A stretch of DNA of 64,000 nucleotides from Nitrospirota bacterium (GCA_963699545.1 CAVOUE010000003.1:704001-768000), one strand, 5' to 3'; shown: positions 1 through 8,629, numbered from the stretch's first letter. Numbers and translations are program-made. Notes: a model not told the origin generated them from the sequence alone.

Positions 1-1781
1 TCAATAAATCCTATGCCTCCTGACATGCTCACATCGTAGCTGTTAGCGCCTGATGTCCTCCGTGCAGTCGCAGAATAGATCCCATAGGGTCCGTTGTACT
101 GGAGGTACGACAGCCCGCCAGGTTCCCATTGTTCATTATCCTTCGTTTCGACCTGGAATTTGTAGCCCCATCCCGGACCCCTCGGAGGGTTCTTCTCTAT
201 GCTGGCAGACAAGGTCTTCTGAGAATCGTCAGACTGATAGTTCAGTGTTCCGAAATGGTTCTTGCCGAGAGTGAAAATCAGGGAGGCAAAGACCTGGTAG
301 GTGGTTGTAAGTTCATCCGTTCTTGAGGCTGAAACGGACAGGCTCACGTTGTTTCCGAGCGTCCTGCTGTAAAAGAGGTTCACCCTCTTTATGTCAGCCT
401 CGCCGTATTGCGAAAGAAACTGAACGTTTGCCGATATGGAGCCCAGTAACTCTGTATGGAAACCGAGACCGATCCGGCCTTCAAAATGCGGCCTGCTGCT
501 CGCTTCCTCGAGGGAAAAATTCGTATAGTCTCTTGAGGCGTACCTGAAGGCGGCATTTCCACTCAGGATGCCGCTGTTATAGGTATAGCTCAAAAACGCA
601 CTGTAGCCATAGCTGCCATCTCTTATTTTGCTCACGGCAATGCCGGTGTCGAACTCTCCGGCCCTGCCGATAAGGAAGGTGGCAAGGGGGCCGAAATTTA
701 TCAGGTCCTTATTCACCTCTCCCCTCAGCCCGCCGGTGAAGGTATCGCTGAAGCCATACCGGTGATACCCGAGGAAGCCCGGCTCCGTATAATCAAAGCT
801 CTTCGTGCCAAAATTGAGACGTTTGAATCCGAGGTTGTAGCTATAGTCATGGAGGCCCGCTTTCAGGAGGTTCGAAGAGAGGTAGAAGGGGGTCACGATC
901 GTCTGCTCCCTCCCGAAGGCGTCCTTTATCACAAGGGTTGCGTTGCCTGCCCCCGTCTGTCCGTAAAAGTTCGAGAAGTCAAAGGCCCCTGGGGGAAGTT
1001 TTTCTTTTTTCATAGAGACATTATTGATATAGAGGTCAACCTCCGAAGGGGTCTGGATCAGCCCCGACAGGTTCAGACCCTGATATTTTACAAAGTAGGG
1101 ATTGAGCGAGAAGTTCTTTGTCATGCTCACTCCGGCAAGGATGCCGCTCCCCCCGAGGGCGCCTGAAGTTGCAAAAAAGTCACCTGCGGTGTATCGAATG
1201 ATATTCACCGTGTCATCCTTTGTGATATTTGTCATCATTCTCACAAGACTGCTCTCGGTATTCGTCTTTGTGTAAGAGACATTGGAGTAGAACAGGTAAT
1301 CGCTGATGAAGAGGCCCATCTCTGCGGGGATGCTCAGGGAATTAAAATCAAAGCTGTCTCCCGCGCTGTAGGTAATGGCATAGTTGAGGAAGGCGGAATT
1401 CTCTTTTGTATAGGTGACGCTTGCGGGCCTTGCATAGCCCATGTTTATGACATATTTCTCAAGGAGCTGAGGTTCAGCCGTTATCAGCAATGCCGACTCC
1501 TGCATATGAAGAGAAAAACTCACCCCGGGGGCAAGGGACCTGAGGGAAACATAGCCTCCCTCTGTGATCATCGCCTTCTCCGGTACCCCTTTGAAGCCTA
1601 ATTCCGTGAGCTGTCCCCGCGAAAAGAGCATGTCCCCGTCAGGGGTCATCATGAGGAGGTGTTCCCCTTTATCCATCGTATTAAGAATGACCTTGAGGGG
1701 CACGGTTTCAGCCCCCCATGAGTGTAGAGGGACAAAGAGGACAATGAAGGGAAGCAGGATGATCAGCCTATGGATCTTCAC
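1..1781 (-). CDS. Fimbrial outer-membrane usher (CsuD/PapC-like), runs off the left edge
   Basis: Hand translation from GTG at 1781 gives MKIHRLIILLPFIVLFVPLHSWGAETVPLKVILN... (signal peptide). It lies directly downstream of the chaperone and pilins. Absent from the ORF track, presumably because its stop lies outside the window. Confidence 0.85.
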   Translation of the reverse strand, partial: MKIHRLIILLPFIVLFVPLHSWGAETVPLKVILNTMDKGEHLLMMTPDGDMLFSRGQLTELGFKGVPEKAMITEGGYVSLRSLAPGVSFSLHMQESALLITAEPQLLEKYVINMGYARPASVTYTKENSAFLNYAITYSAGDSFDFNSLSIPAEMGLFISDYLFYSNVSYTKTNTESSLVRMMTNITKDDTVNIIRYTAGDFFATSGALGGSGILAGVSMTKNFSLNPYFVKYQGLNLSGLIQTPSEVDLYINNVSMKKEKLPPGAFDFSNFYGQTGAGNATLVIKDAFGREQTIVTPFYLSSNLLKAGLHDYSYNLGFKRLNFGTKSFDYTEPGFLGYHRYGFSDTFTGGLRGEVNKDLINFGPLATFLIGRAGEFDTGIAVSKIRDGSYGYSAFLSYTYNSGILSGNAAFRYASRDYTNFSLEEASSRPHFEGRIGLGFHTELLGSISANVQFLSQYGEADIKRVNLFYSRTLGNNVSLSVSASRTDELTTTYQVFASLIFTLGKNHFGTLNYQSDDSQKTLSASIEKNPPRGPGWGYKFQVETKDNEQWEPGGLSYLQYNGPYGIYSATARRTSGANSYDVSMSGGIGFI

Positions 1782-1795
1782 AGAAATAGTGTAGG

Positions 1796-2596
1796 TTAAA
1801 TCAGTCCTTCTGTCCGGTTTTCTTCTCTTTCTCTGCCGGTTCTTCTGTTCTCCCTGGGGCAGAGGGCCTTGTCCACATCGAGCTTCGCCTCTTTCTTCGA
1901 CTCTCCCACCTCTGCAATGACCATGATGGCGCTGGATTTCAGGCACTCCTTGCCCGGTATCTTGATGCCAAAGGTGCGCGTCACCCCCGGCAGGACATAC
2001 CAGCCTGCCTCCTCCTTCTGGAAAACCTCCTGATTGGACGCGTCAACTCCCTTTGCCTTCATCTTCCCTACCGTGATATGGCTGTTCCCCCCGTTTCTTA
2101 TCTTTATCAGGAGCATCCCTTCAGAAAGCTCCGCCTTTTCGATCGCCCATTCCTTCACTTCCTTTGAAGGCTTGATGAAGACAGGGATGCTCAGCCTCAG
2201 GGCAAGCCTGAGCTGCGACTCTCCCGGCCTCGAAACAGGTATCTCCTGCAGAAAGACCCGGTATGCCAGTTCCTTATCCGTCGCCTTGCGGTCCTTTGAG
2301 CCTACGCGCAGGAGCAACTCCTTGCCCTTTTCCACAGTAATGATCTTCGGGAAAAAAACAATGTCCCCGGTCGGCTCGTACACATCCTTGCCCCCTTCGC
2401 CCTGGACCCATTTCATCGCCTCCACCTGGACAGTCACCTTTTCATCCCCTTCATTGGACACCTTGAGGACCTCTGTCTTTTTCCCGGCAGATAGGAAGAG
2501 CTTGGTGGGTATTACCTTCAGAGAGCCGGCATACGAAAGGGACGCCCAAAAGCATAAAGATGCTATCATTAAAACAGCTGGCCGGGTGTGTCTCAA
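1796..2596 (-). CDS. Fimbrial periplasmic chaperone (CsuC/PapD-like)
   Basis: Motifs LKVIPTKL, FFPKIITV, YRVFLQEIP, LRLSIPVFI, NGGNSHI. Likely TTG start at 2596 after a GGGGAG SD; the ORF track extends to 2635. Confidence 0.9.
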   Translation of the reverse strand: MRHTRPAVLMIASLCFWASLSYAGSLKVIPTKLFLSAGKKTEVLKVSNEGDEKVTVQVEAMKWVQGEGGKDVYEPTGDIVFFPKIITVEKGKELLLRVGSKDRKATDKELAYRVFLQEIPVSRPGESQLRLALRLSIPVFIKPSKEVKEWAIEKAELSEGMLLIKIRNGGNSHITVGKMKAKGVDASNQEVFQKEEAGWYVLPGVTRTFGIKIPGKECLKSSAIMVIAEVGESKKEAKLDVDKALCPRENRRTGREREENRTEGLI

Positions 2597-2620
2597 TTCT
2601 TTCTCCCCTTTTTTGTAAAG

Positions 2621-2647
2621 GGGCCTGAGGGGCAAATCCCCAGGCCC
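2621..2647 (-). other. GC-rich hairpin after pilin (second copy at about 3571-3596)
   Basis: GGGCCTGGGG...CCCTCAGGCCC on the minus strand, without a strong U-tract. Possibly an mRNA-stabilising or attenuating stem between pilin and chaperone. Confidence 0.5.
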
Positions 2648-2662
2648 TGAGAGACGGAAACC

Positions 2663-3160
2663 TCAATAGTGCACTGTCACCGTCACGGTATCGGTCAGCA
2701 CTGTGCCTGCGGGAAAGCCTATAAACTGCATAAGCTGTGCGTTTACGGTGTGAGCCTGGTTTGATCCGTTACCTGTATCAGCAAGGCTAGTTCCTCCTAT
2801 ATATGTGCCTGCATAGTCAAAATCTCCCCATTCTACCCCGCCGGCCGGCTGAAAAAGGAAATAAGCAGCCTCTCCCGCAGTCGGGCCAAGCCGTCTTGCC
2901 GATTCGTTGCCATACAGTCCCTTATCGAGCGCGATGTGATAGGGTGTCCCACTCGAACAGTTAACAGTGACATCGCCAGTGGCATTTACAGTGGCCAACC
3001 CCGTGACATCCCCGAAATTCACCGCTGTTGTTGAGACGGTGCAGACTGCAGCGACCGTAGCGCTTACCTGCAGCTGACCTGTTGCTGTACCGGCATAGGT
3101 CACGGCAGAAAAGACAAGGCTGAATGCCAATACACCTAGTACTAATATGATCTTTTTCAT
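2663..3160 (-). CDS. Csu-type (spore coat U domain) pilin 1
   Basis: Signal peptide; VSATV..CTVS...VNFG; VTVNC; C-terminal DTVTVTVHY. Confidence 0.92.
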   Translation of the reverse strand: MKKIILVLGVLAFSLVFSAVTYAGTATGQLQVSATVAAVCTVSTTAVNFGDVTGLATVNATGDVTVNCSSGTPYHIALDKGLYGNESARRLGPTAGEAAYFLFQPAGGVEWGDFDYAGTYIGGTSLADTGNGSNQAHTVNAQLMQFIGFPAGTVLTDTVTVTVHY

Positions 3161-3248
3161 TGCAATCCCCCTTTCTCAGTCGTAAGGGTTCTTAAGTGGA
3201 ATAATCCCCCAAACCTCTCTTTTCTTCCCACCCCCTTCCACACCATAC

Positions 3249-3292
3249 AAAAAGGCCGGGCATGCCGGGATATCTCCTTCGGCAGCTCGGCC
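3249..3292 (-). terminator. Intrinsic terminator overlapping the 3' half of riboswitch P3 (copy 1)
   Basis: GGCCGAGCUGCCG...CGGCAUGCCCGGCC followed by UUUUU; mutually exclusive with the aptamer fold. Confidence 0.75.
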
Positions 3293-3357
3293 ATCTTCTC
3301 TAAGACCCGCCGCTTTCCGTCTCCCGATTACTCGGGATTTGGCTTTGTCGGGATACC
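3270..3357 (-). ncRNA. c-di-GMP-I (GEMM-I) riboswitch, G20 type
   Basis: Minus strand: CGAC-AAAG-CC-AAA-UCCCGA-GUAA-UCGGGA-GACGG-AAAG-CGGC-GGGUCUU-AGAG-AAGAUGGCC-GA-GCUGC-C-GAA. GNRA-capped P2, AAAG junction and C92 equivalent are present. The G20 equivalent is at 3343. Confidence 0.88.
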
Positions 3358-3418
3358 CTGATTACAAGACCATACGTCTGGATAAGGGCATTTGAGCCCG
3401 CTCTCCGCTCCTAAGAAA

Positions 3419-3456
3419 AGCATAGCAAAGCAGTAGGGAATGTCAAGTTTTAACTT
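3419..3456 (-). promoter_or_regulatory. sigma70 promoter for pilin 1 leader, with a near-palindrome abutting -35
   Basis: TTGACA (3446-3441), 16 nt spacer, TGcTATGCT; AAGTTTTAACTT at 3445-3456. Confidence 0.6.
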
Positions 3457-3611
3457 TAGGTTTGCCAGGCAGGAACAAGGGCCTGTTAACTGATCATGAA
3501 GGCAGGAAATGAAAACTCGCGAAAACACCCTAATGGGCCTGTCTCTCAATCTTGTCTTCTTTTTTCAGATGGGCCTGGGCCAAAATCCCCAGGCCCTGAG
3601 AGACGGAAACC

Positions 3612-4115
3612 TCAGTAATGCACCGTCACCGTCACGGTATCGGTCAGCACTGTGCCCGCAGGAATACCTGAAAACGGGTGAAGGTATGCCCTTGCAGTGT
3701 GAGCCTGGTCAGAGCCATTACCCGTATCAGCAATGACACTTCCCCAGAGATATGTACGTGCGTATTCAGCGTCACCCCAATATACATTCTCGCTCGGTTT
3801 TAGGATTTCATAGTCGGCCTGATAACCGCTTCCGGCAACGTTCCTGTAATAACCACCAGGGTAGTGAGTCCCCGCATCGAGAGCAATGTGATAGGATAGT
3901 CCATTCGAACAGTTAACAGTGACGTCGGCAGTGGCATTTACATAGTCCGACACTCCGGTGACATTGCCGAAATTCACCGCTGTTGTTGAGACGGTGCAGG
4001 CGGTGACTACTGTTGCGCTCACCTGCAGCTGACCTGTCACCGTACCGGCATAGGTCGTGGCAGAAAAGACGAGGCTGAATATCAGCACACCCAGCACTAA
4101 TATGATCTTTTTCAT
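3612..4115 (-). CDS. Csu-type pilin 2
   Basis: Paralog of pilin 1 with a divergent central region; ATG at 4115. Confidence 0.92.
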   Translation of the reverse strand: MKKIILVLGVLIFSLVFSATTYAGTVTGQLQVSATVVTACTVSTTAVNFGNVTGVSDYVNATADVTVNCSNGLSYHIALDAGTHYPGGYYRNVAGSGYQADYEILKPSENVYWGDAEYARTYLWGSVIADTGNGSDQAHTARAYLHPFSGIPAGTVLTDTVTVTVHY

Positions 4116-4140
4116 TGCCACCCCCTCAGCTATGGAACCC

Positions 4141-4644
4141 TCAATAGTAAACCGTGACCGTTACGGTATCGGTCAATACGGTCCCTCCAGGAATGCCAGA
4201 AAACGGGGTAGGGTTAAGCTGTGCGTTTACGGTGTGAGGCTGGTTTGACCCGTTACCCGTATCAGCAAGGCTGCTTCCTCCCATATATGTGCCTGCATAG
4301 TCAGCATCTCCCCATTCTACCGAGCCGGTCGGCTTAAAAAGGAAATAATTAACCTCTTCCACAGACGGGCCAAGCCGCCTTGCCGCGTCGTTGCCATACA
4401 GCCCCTTATCGAGCGCGATGTTATAGGGTGTCCCACTCGAACAGTTAACAGTGACATCGCCAGTGGCAGTTACGTAGTCCACTCCGGTGACATTGCCGAA
4501 ATTCACCGCAGTTGTTGAGACGGTGCAGGCGGTGACTACTGTTGCGCTCACCTGCAGTTGACCTGTTACTGAAGCGGCATAGGTCATGGCAGAAAAGACA
4601 AGGCTGAATGCCAATACACCCAGTACTAATATAATCTTTTTCAT
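4141..4644 (-). CDS. Csu-type pilin 3
   Basis: Paralog of pilins 1 and 2; C-terminal DTVTVTVYY. Confidence 0.92.
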   Translation of the reverse strand: MKKIILVLGVLAFSLVFSAMTYAASVTGQLQVSATVVTACTVSTTAVNFGNVTGVDYVTATGDVTVNCSSGTPYNIALDKGLYGNDAARRLGPSVEEVNYFLFKPTGSVEWGDADYAGTYMGGSSLADTGNGSNQPHTVNAQLNPTPFSGIPGGTVLTDTVTVTVYY

Positions 4645-4800
4645 TGCAATCCCCCTTTCTCAGTCGTAAGGGTTCTTAAGTGGAATAATCCCCCAAACCT
4701 CTCTTTCTTCTCACCCCCTTCCACACCAAACAAAAAGGCCGGGCATGCCGGAATATCTCCTTCGGCAGCTCGGCCGTCTTCTCTAAGACCCGCCGCTTTC
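4588..4800. repeat. About 210-bp direct repeat (partner 3104-3317)
   Basis: Near-identical signal-peptide coding sequence, 5' UTR, terminator and riboswitch P3. Confidence 0.95.
4732..4775 (-). terminator. Intrinsic terminator overlapping riboswitch P3 (copy 2)
   Basis: Same hairpin and U5 tract as copy 1. Confidence 0.75.
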
Positions 4801-4838
4801 TGTCCCCTCCTCACGGGGGGTTTGGTTTTATCGGGAGA
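4753..4838 (-). ncRNA. GEMM-I riboswitch, A20 variant (candidate 3'3'-cGAMP sensor, GEMM-Ib-like)
   Basis: Minus strand: CCGAU-AAAA-CC-AAA-CCCCCC-GUGA-GGAGGG-GACAG-AAAG-CGGCGGGUCUUAGAGAAGACGGCCGAGCUGCCGAA. Position 20 equivalent (4826) is A. Two C-A mismatches in P2. Confidence 0.82.
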
Positions 4839-4855
4839 GCCTCATCTCTAGTTTT

Positions 4856-4894
4856 CTTTTATCATGGAAAAGTGCCGGTGTCAAGTTATAACTT
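4856..4894 (-). promoter_or_regulatory. Promoter for pilin 3 leader with perfect palindrome AAGTTATAACTT
   Basis: TTGACA at 4884-4879; palindrome at 4883-4894; weak -10. Confidence 0.5.
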
Positions 4895-5148
4895 TAGTTT
4901 ATACAGCTTCGAGTATGTTTAATAAGAAATGATCTATCCTTTTGATTTCCATTTGATACCTTCAGTCATGCGCAGGATATCCGAGGTGTGTGCATAGACG
5001 ACTAAAACATTCACCTCTGGAACTTGCTATAATCATACATGCTATAGATCGTAATCACCTCATGGTGCGGGGTCATCCGGATGTTCCGATGCTCTGAACA
5101 TCTGCATCTGGCTTTCGGTCCATTCCTGGAAGAGAATTGGATATTCAT

Positions 5149-6741
5149 ATGAAGAATGATCACCTACAGAAACCAGCGGCATCGGAGAAATCCGAAAGAT
5201 TGCCGCTCTCTTATGCCGTACTTTTCTCTGTCATCATTCTGGGCATGTACATCAGAGTGCATAACGTGGGTTATAGACCTTTTTGGCTTGACGAACTCTA
5301 TTCGGTATCGTATGCACAATTGACGATAGAAAGCCTGTTCAAAGTTCTGCATACGGACATCCAGATGCCTCTTTACTTCATACTGCTCCATGCCTGGATT
5401 TGGATTTTTGGGGATTCTGATAGAGCCGTGCGGTCTCTCAGTATTCTTTTTGGTTTGCTGGGAATTATAGGATTTTTCTTGCTCTTGAGAAAAGGTTTGC
5501 GATGGGGCGTGAACTCCTGCTTGATCGGCCTTTCTCTTCTGGCCGTGAATCCTTTTCACATCTATTATTCTATTGAAGCACGAACCTATTCCCTGATGTT
5601 TGCCTTAGCGACATTCTATCTTACCGCTTTTGCTTTAATGCATGCTGAAGGCGATAAGAAATACTGTCTTGCATATGCTCTTCTTCAGGCGTTGCTTCTT
5701 TACACTCATCCGACAGCATTGTTATATTGTTTTTGCATAAATGCCACATACGTATTCCTCCTCTTTTCCCATAGAGAATGTTCATGGCTGAAGCTGAGGA
5801 ATTTCTTGGCAGCGAACGTAGTTGCAGCGGTCATTTTTGCGCCATGGGTTACCTCATCGATACAGCAAGCATACTCAGTTCACAAGAGTTTTTGGGCACA
5901 ATTACCATCCCCTGTCGGAGCGCTCAAGAGCTGGTTGAGCATCGCCCTGTTCTGGTCTCCTGAATTGGTAGAGTTTCTTTCTTACCATAATACAGGTATG
6001 AGAGTTATAGCCTGGATCTGCATTATTGTCCCGGTTCTCCTCCTCATGGCACGAGGGGGCATGTATGCCCTCAGGCGGAAGAATCTTGTCGAACTGTTGA
6101 TCATCCTCAGCTTATTTGTTTATCCCGCGGCTCTCTACCTGGTTTCGCTTCTGTTCAAACCGATATTTATGAACAAAATATTAATCCCCTCACTTATAGG
6201 GTTGCTTGTACTCATCGTAATTCCGGAAGAAAAGCATTTTCCCGGGAAAGGAAGAGCGACCCCTTTGTTGGTCTCACTATTCTTGCTCATAAGTATAAGC
6301 CTAAGCTTTGCCGTTACGACTATCGATAAGAATCCTGACTGGAAAAAAATCGGAGAAGCTATTTCTCAAAGAGCTGGGCCGGGAGATCTCGTCTTGGTGT
6401 ATAGAAGCCACGGAGCTTCGCTGCTGAAGAGATACTCCAAAGGTAACTTCAATATCGAAGGAGTCACGCATGATTTTGAAGATGAAATGAGACAACGCGA
6501 ATTGCAGAACTTCAATAGTGCGACTTTCTATAGACCTTTTTCTTCACAGGCCGTTCGAGAAAGGCTTGTCCAGCTCATTGATGGAAGAGAGAGATTCTTT
6601 GTGGTCTTGTTCCCCGTCCCAGGCAATGAAGTTGTTATGGCGCGAGATTTTACGCTAAAGAGATATGCTGTCAATGAACTAATCATGCTCAAGCAGGCTC
6701 AGATCTTGGTCTTGTCATCTTCTCCTCAGCAGAGCCCTTGA
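5149..6741 (+). CDS. GT-C fold membrane glycosyltransferase (GT39/PMT-like)
   Basis: FWLDE, DIQMPLYF, SIEARTYSL, LYTH motifs; many TM helices; C-terminal DW...GDLVLV domain. Confidence 0.85.
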   Translation: MKNDHLQKPAASEKSERLPLSYAVLFSVIILGMYIRVHNVGYRPFWLDELYSVSYAQLTIESLFKVLHTDIQMPLYFILLHAWIWIFGDSDRAVRSLSILFGLLGIIGFFLLLRKGLRWGVNSCLIGLSLLAVNPFHIYYSIEARTYSLMFALATFYLTAFALMHAEGDKKYCLAYALLQALLLYTHPTALLYCFCINATYVFLLFSHRECSWLKLRNFLAANVVAAVIFAPWVTSSIQQAYSVHKSFWAQLPSPVGALKSWLSIALFWSPELVEFLSYHNTGMRVIAWICIIVPVLLLMARGGMYALRRKNLVELLIILSLFVYPAALYLVSLLFKPIFMNKILIPSLIGLLVLIVIPEEKHFPGKGRATPLLVSLFLLISISLSFAVTTIDKNPDWKKIGEAISQRAGPGDLVLVYRSHGASLLKRYSKGNFNIEGVTHDFEDEMRQRELQNFNSATFYRPFSSQAVRERLVQLIDGRERFFVVLFPVPGNEVVMARDFTLKRYAVNELIMLKQAQILVLSSSPQQSP

Positions 6742-6803
6742 GCATGCGTTGGGCTGACAAGGGTCTTTTTGTGCACCAGCGGGAAGCCGCCAGGAAGGAA
6801 GCA

Positions 6804-6965
6804 TCATTCCGACGATTTGCCGAATTCCCTCATCTCGATCAATACGGCACCGCATTTCCCGCACTTGGGACTCTGTTGGAGCATTAATGCCTTCAGCTTG
6901 TTCTGAACGCCACAGGACAGACAGCGGATAAGCATTTCTTCGTTTTCCTTATCGTTCTCTTCCAT
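6804..6965 (-). CDS. 53-aa Zn-ribbon protein (resembles the TrxC N-terminal zinc finger)
   Basis: Hand translation MEENDKENEEMLIRCLSCGVQNKLKALMLQQSPKCGKCGAVLIEMREFGKSSE; CxxC-x16-CxxC; AGGA upstream. Confidence 0.7.
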   Translation of the reverse strand: MEENDKENEEMLIRCLSCGVQNKLKALMLQQSPKCGKCGAVLIEMREFGKSSE

Positions 6966-7050
6966 ATCCTATCCGAAGGGCCGTTTTCTTCCATTCTAGC
7001 ACGTTTGTTCTTTCCTGCATTCACAGGACCTGATGTGTTATAATTTTCTC

Positions 7051-7461
7051 ATGAAACGAATCCTTCTGGTCGCGCTGCTTCTTATCCCTGCCCTTGCATA
7101 TGCGGCTCCCTCCATTAAGTTTGTGGAGGAAACCCATGACTTCGGAAAGGTCCGGGAAGGGGAGAAGGTAGAGTATACCTTTGAAGTCGCCAATTCTGGC
7201 ACAGATGAACTGCGCATAGAGAGGGTAAGGGCCTCCTGAGGATGTACCGCGGTGATGGCTAGTTCAAGCCATCTGAAGCCCGGAGAAAAAGGGAGCATAA
7301 CCGCGACCCTCGACACCCGGAACAGGGCAGGGTTCATCGTGAAGACGATTGAGGTGGTGAGCAATGATCCTGACACGCCAAAGGTGGTCCTCACGCTCAA
7401 AGCTGAAGTGACGGCAAAAGACAACGCGGCATCTCCGCAGCGAGCCCCGGATAAAAGATAA
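7051..7461 (+). CDS. DUF1573-family secreted Ig-like protein, probable selenoprotein (Sec at TGA 7237-7239)
   Basis: Two in-frame ORFs join across a TGA to give RAS-U-GCTA, matching the family SCGCT motif. HDFGKV and LKPGEKGSI motifs flank it. Confidence 0.85.
7254..7273 (+). promoter_or_regulatory. Candidate bacterial SECIS hairpin
   Basis: GAUGGCU-AGUUCA-AGCCAUC: perfect 7-bp stem, G at loop position 2, starting 14 nt after the UGA. Confidence 0.7.
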
Positions 7462-7497
7462 AAGCATCTGTTTTACTTTCGCCCTGTTTCCGGAAGT

Positions 7498-8103
7498 TTA
7501 CTTCAGGATGACGTAGGTAGCCCCGAGGCCACCGTCGCAGTCTTTGGCCGTGGCGTATGCAAGTACCCACTTGCTGAAGGGGCCGTGAAGCAGTTTTCTG
7601 AAGGCCTCCTTAAGTACCGGGCCGTTCGGTGACCTGAGCCCCCTGCCGTGTATTACCTTGACGCAGAACAGCCGCCTCTTCACCGCATCCCTGAAGAAAA
7701 GGGCAAGCGCCTCCTCCGCCTCGCCGAGGGTCATGCCATGAAGGTCTATGGAATCCTGAACCGCAAAATCTCCCTGATGCAGCCTCCTGGTGATGTCACT
7801 CCTCACCTGGGGGCTTGTCCATTCCATGTACTCACCGGTATCTGACAGCCTTATCTTCCCCTCTCCCTTCACGATCTGTTTCAGGATCTCAAGGCAGTTC
7901 TCCGGGGGTATGGTGCGCGGCTTGATCTTCCGCGGGCTTTTGTAGGGGATCTCCCTGAATTCCCTGATCTCCCGTACCTCTGCCATAGCCTCGATGAAGA
8001 GTTCTTCGTCGGTCTTTGCGAGGTGTGCGGTCTTCCTGACTTCGAACGTCTCTCTGACGACTTTAAGGTCTTTCAATGAGGCGAATGAGCATGTTCTCTT
8101 CAT
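7498..8103 (-). CDS. Smr/MutS2 C-terminal domain endonuclease
   Basis: IDLHGMT, VIHGRG, GGLGATYV. Confidence 0.92.
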   Translation of the reverse strand: MKRTCSFASLKDLKVVRETFEVRKTAHLAKTDEELFIEAMAEVREIREFREIPYKSPRKIKPRTIPPENCLEILKQIVKGEGKIRLSDTGEYMEWTSPQVRSDITRRLHQGDFAVQDSIDLHGMTLGEAEEALALFFRDAVKRRLFCVKVIHGRGLRSPNGPVLKEAFRKLLHGPFSKWVLAYATAKDCDGGLGATYVILK

Positions 8104-8177
8104 CCTGAACCTCCTTGGGATGAGAAAGTGGATGCCGCAACTTCACGGCTGATTGTTAATTATAGCAAATCGGGGAC

Positions 8178-8222
8178 TTGACATGATTTCCTTAATTTGT
8201 AATAATTGTACTAAGACTACAA
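8178..8222 (+). promoter_or_regulatory. sigma70 promoter and probable XRE autoregulatory operator
   Basis: TTGACA-17-AATAAT; palindrome TTGTA-N7-TACAA at 8206-8222. Confidence 0.55.
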
Positions 8223-8244
8223 CTATTAGGAGGGAGGGTTAGAT

Positions 8245-8622
8245 ATGGCTGGCGAGTATAAGTCCTTTGGGGATTTTTTCAAAAGCCTTCGGAAAAAGAA
8301 GAGAATAACGCTGAGAGAATTCTGTATAAAGGCGTCGGCTGATCCGGCGAATATCAGCCGTCTTGAACGTGGGGCGATGCCCGCGCCGCAGGATACTGAA
8401 ATACTTGAACGATACGCAAAAGCTCTTGGCATTGAATTGGGAACCGATGACTGGTATGCCTTTTTCGATTTGGCCGCTGCAGACAGGGGAATCATCCCCA
8501 AAGATCTGATGAAGGATGGTGAAGTCGTAAGAATGCTCCCCGCATTCTTCAGAACATTACGAGGTCAGAAGCCGACAGTGGCGGAGATGAGCAAACTGGC
8601 GGAAAAGATAAGAAAGAGTTAG
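8245..8622 (+). CDS. XRE-family HTH regulator
   Basis: FGDFFKSLR...TLREF...ISRLERG. Confidence 0.9.
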   Translation: MAGEYKSFGDFFKSLRKKKRITLREFCIKASADPANISRLERGAMPAPQDTEILERYAKALGIELGTDDWYAFFDLAAADRGIIPKDLMKDGEVVRMLPAFFRTLRGQKPTVAEMSKLAEKIRKS

Positions 8623-8629
8623 TCGCGTA

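Noticed and set aside
2663-4644. DGR or shufflon acting on the pilins
   Set aside because: No reverse transcriptase or invertase is present, the repeats are direct, and differences are not adenine-specific.
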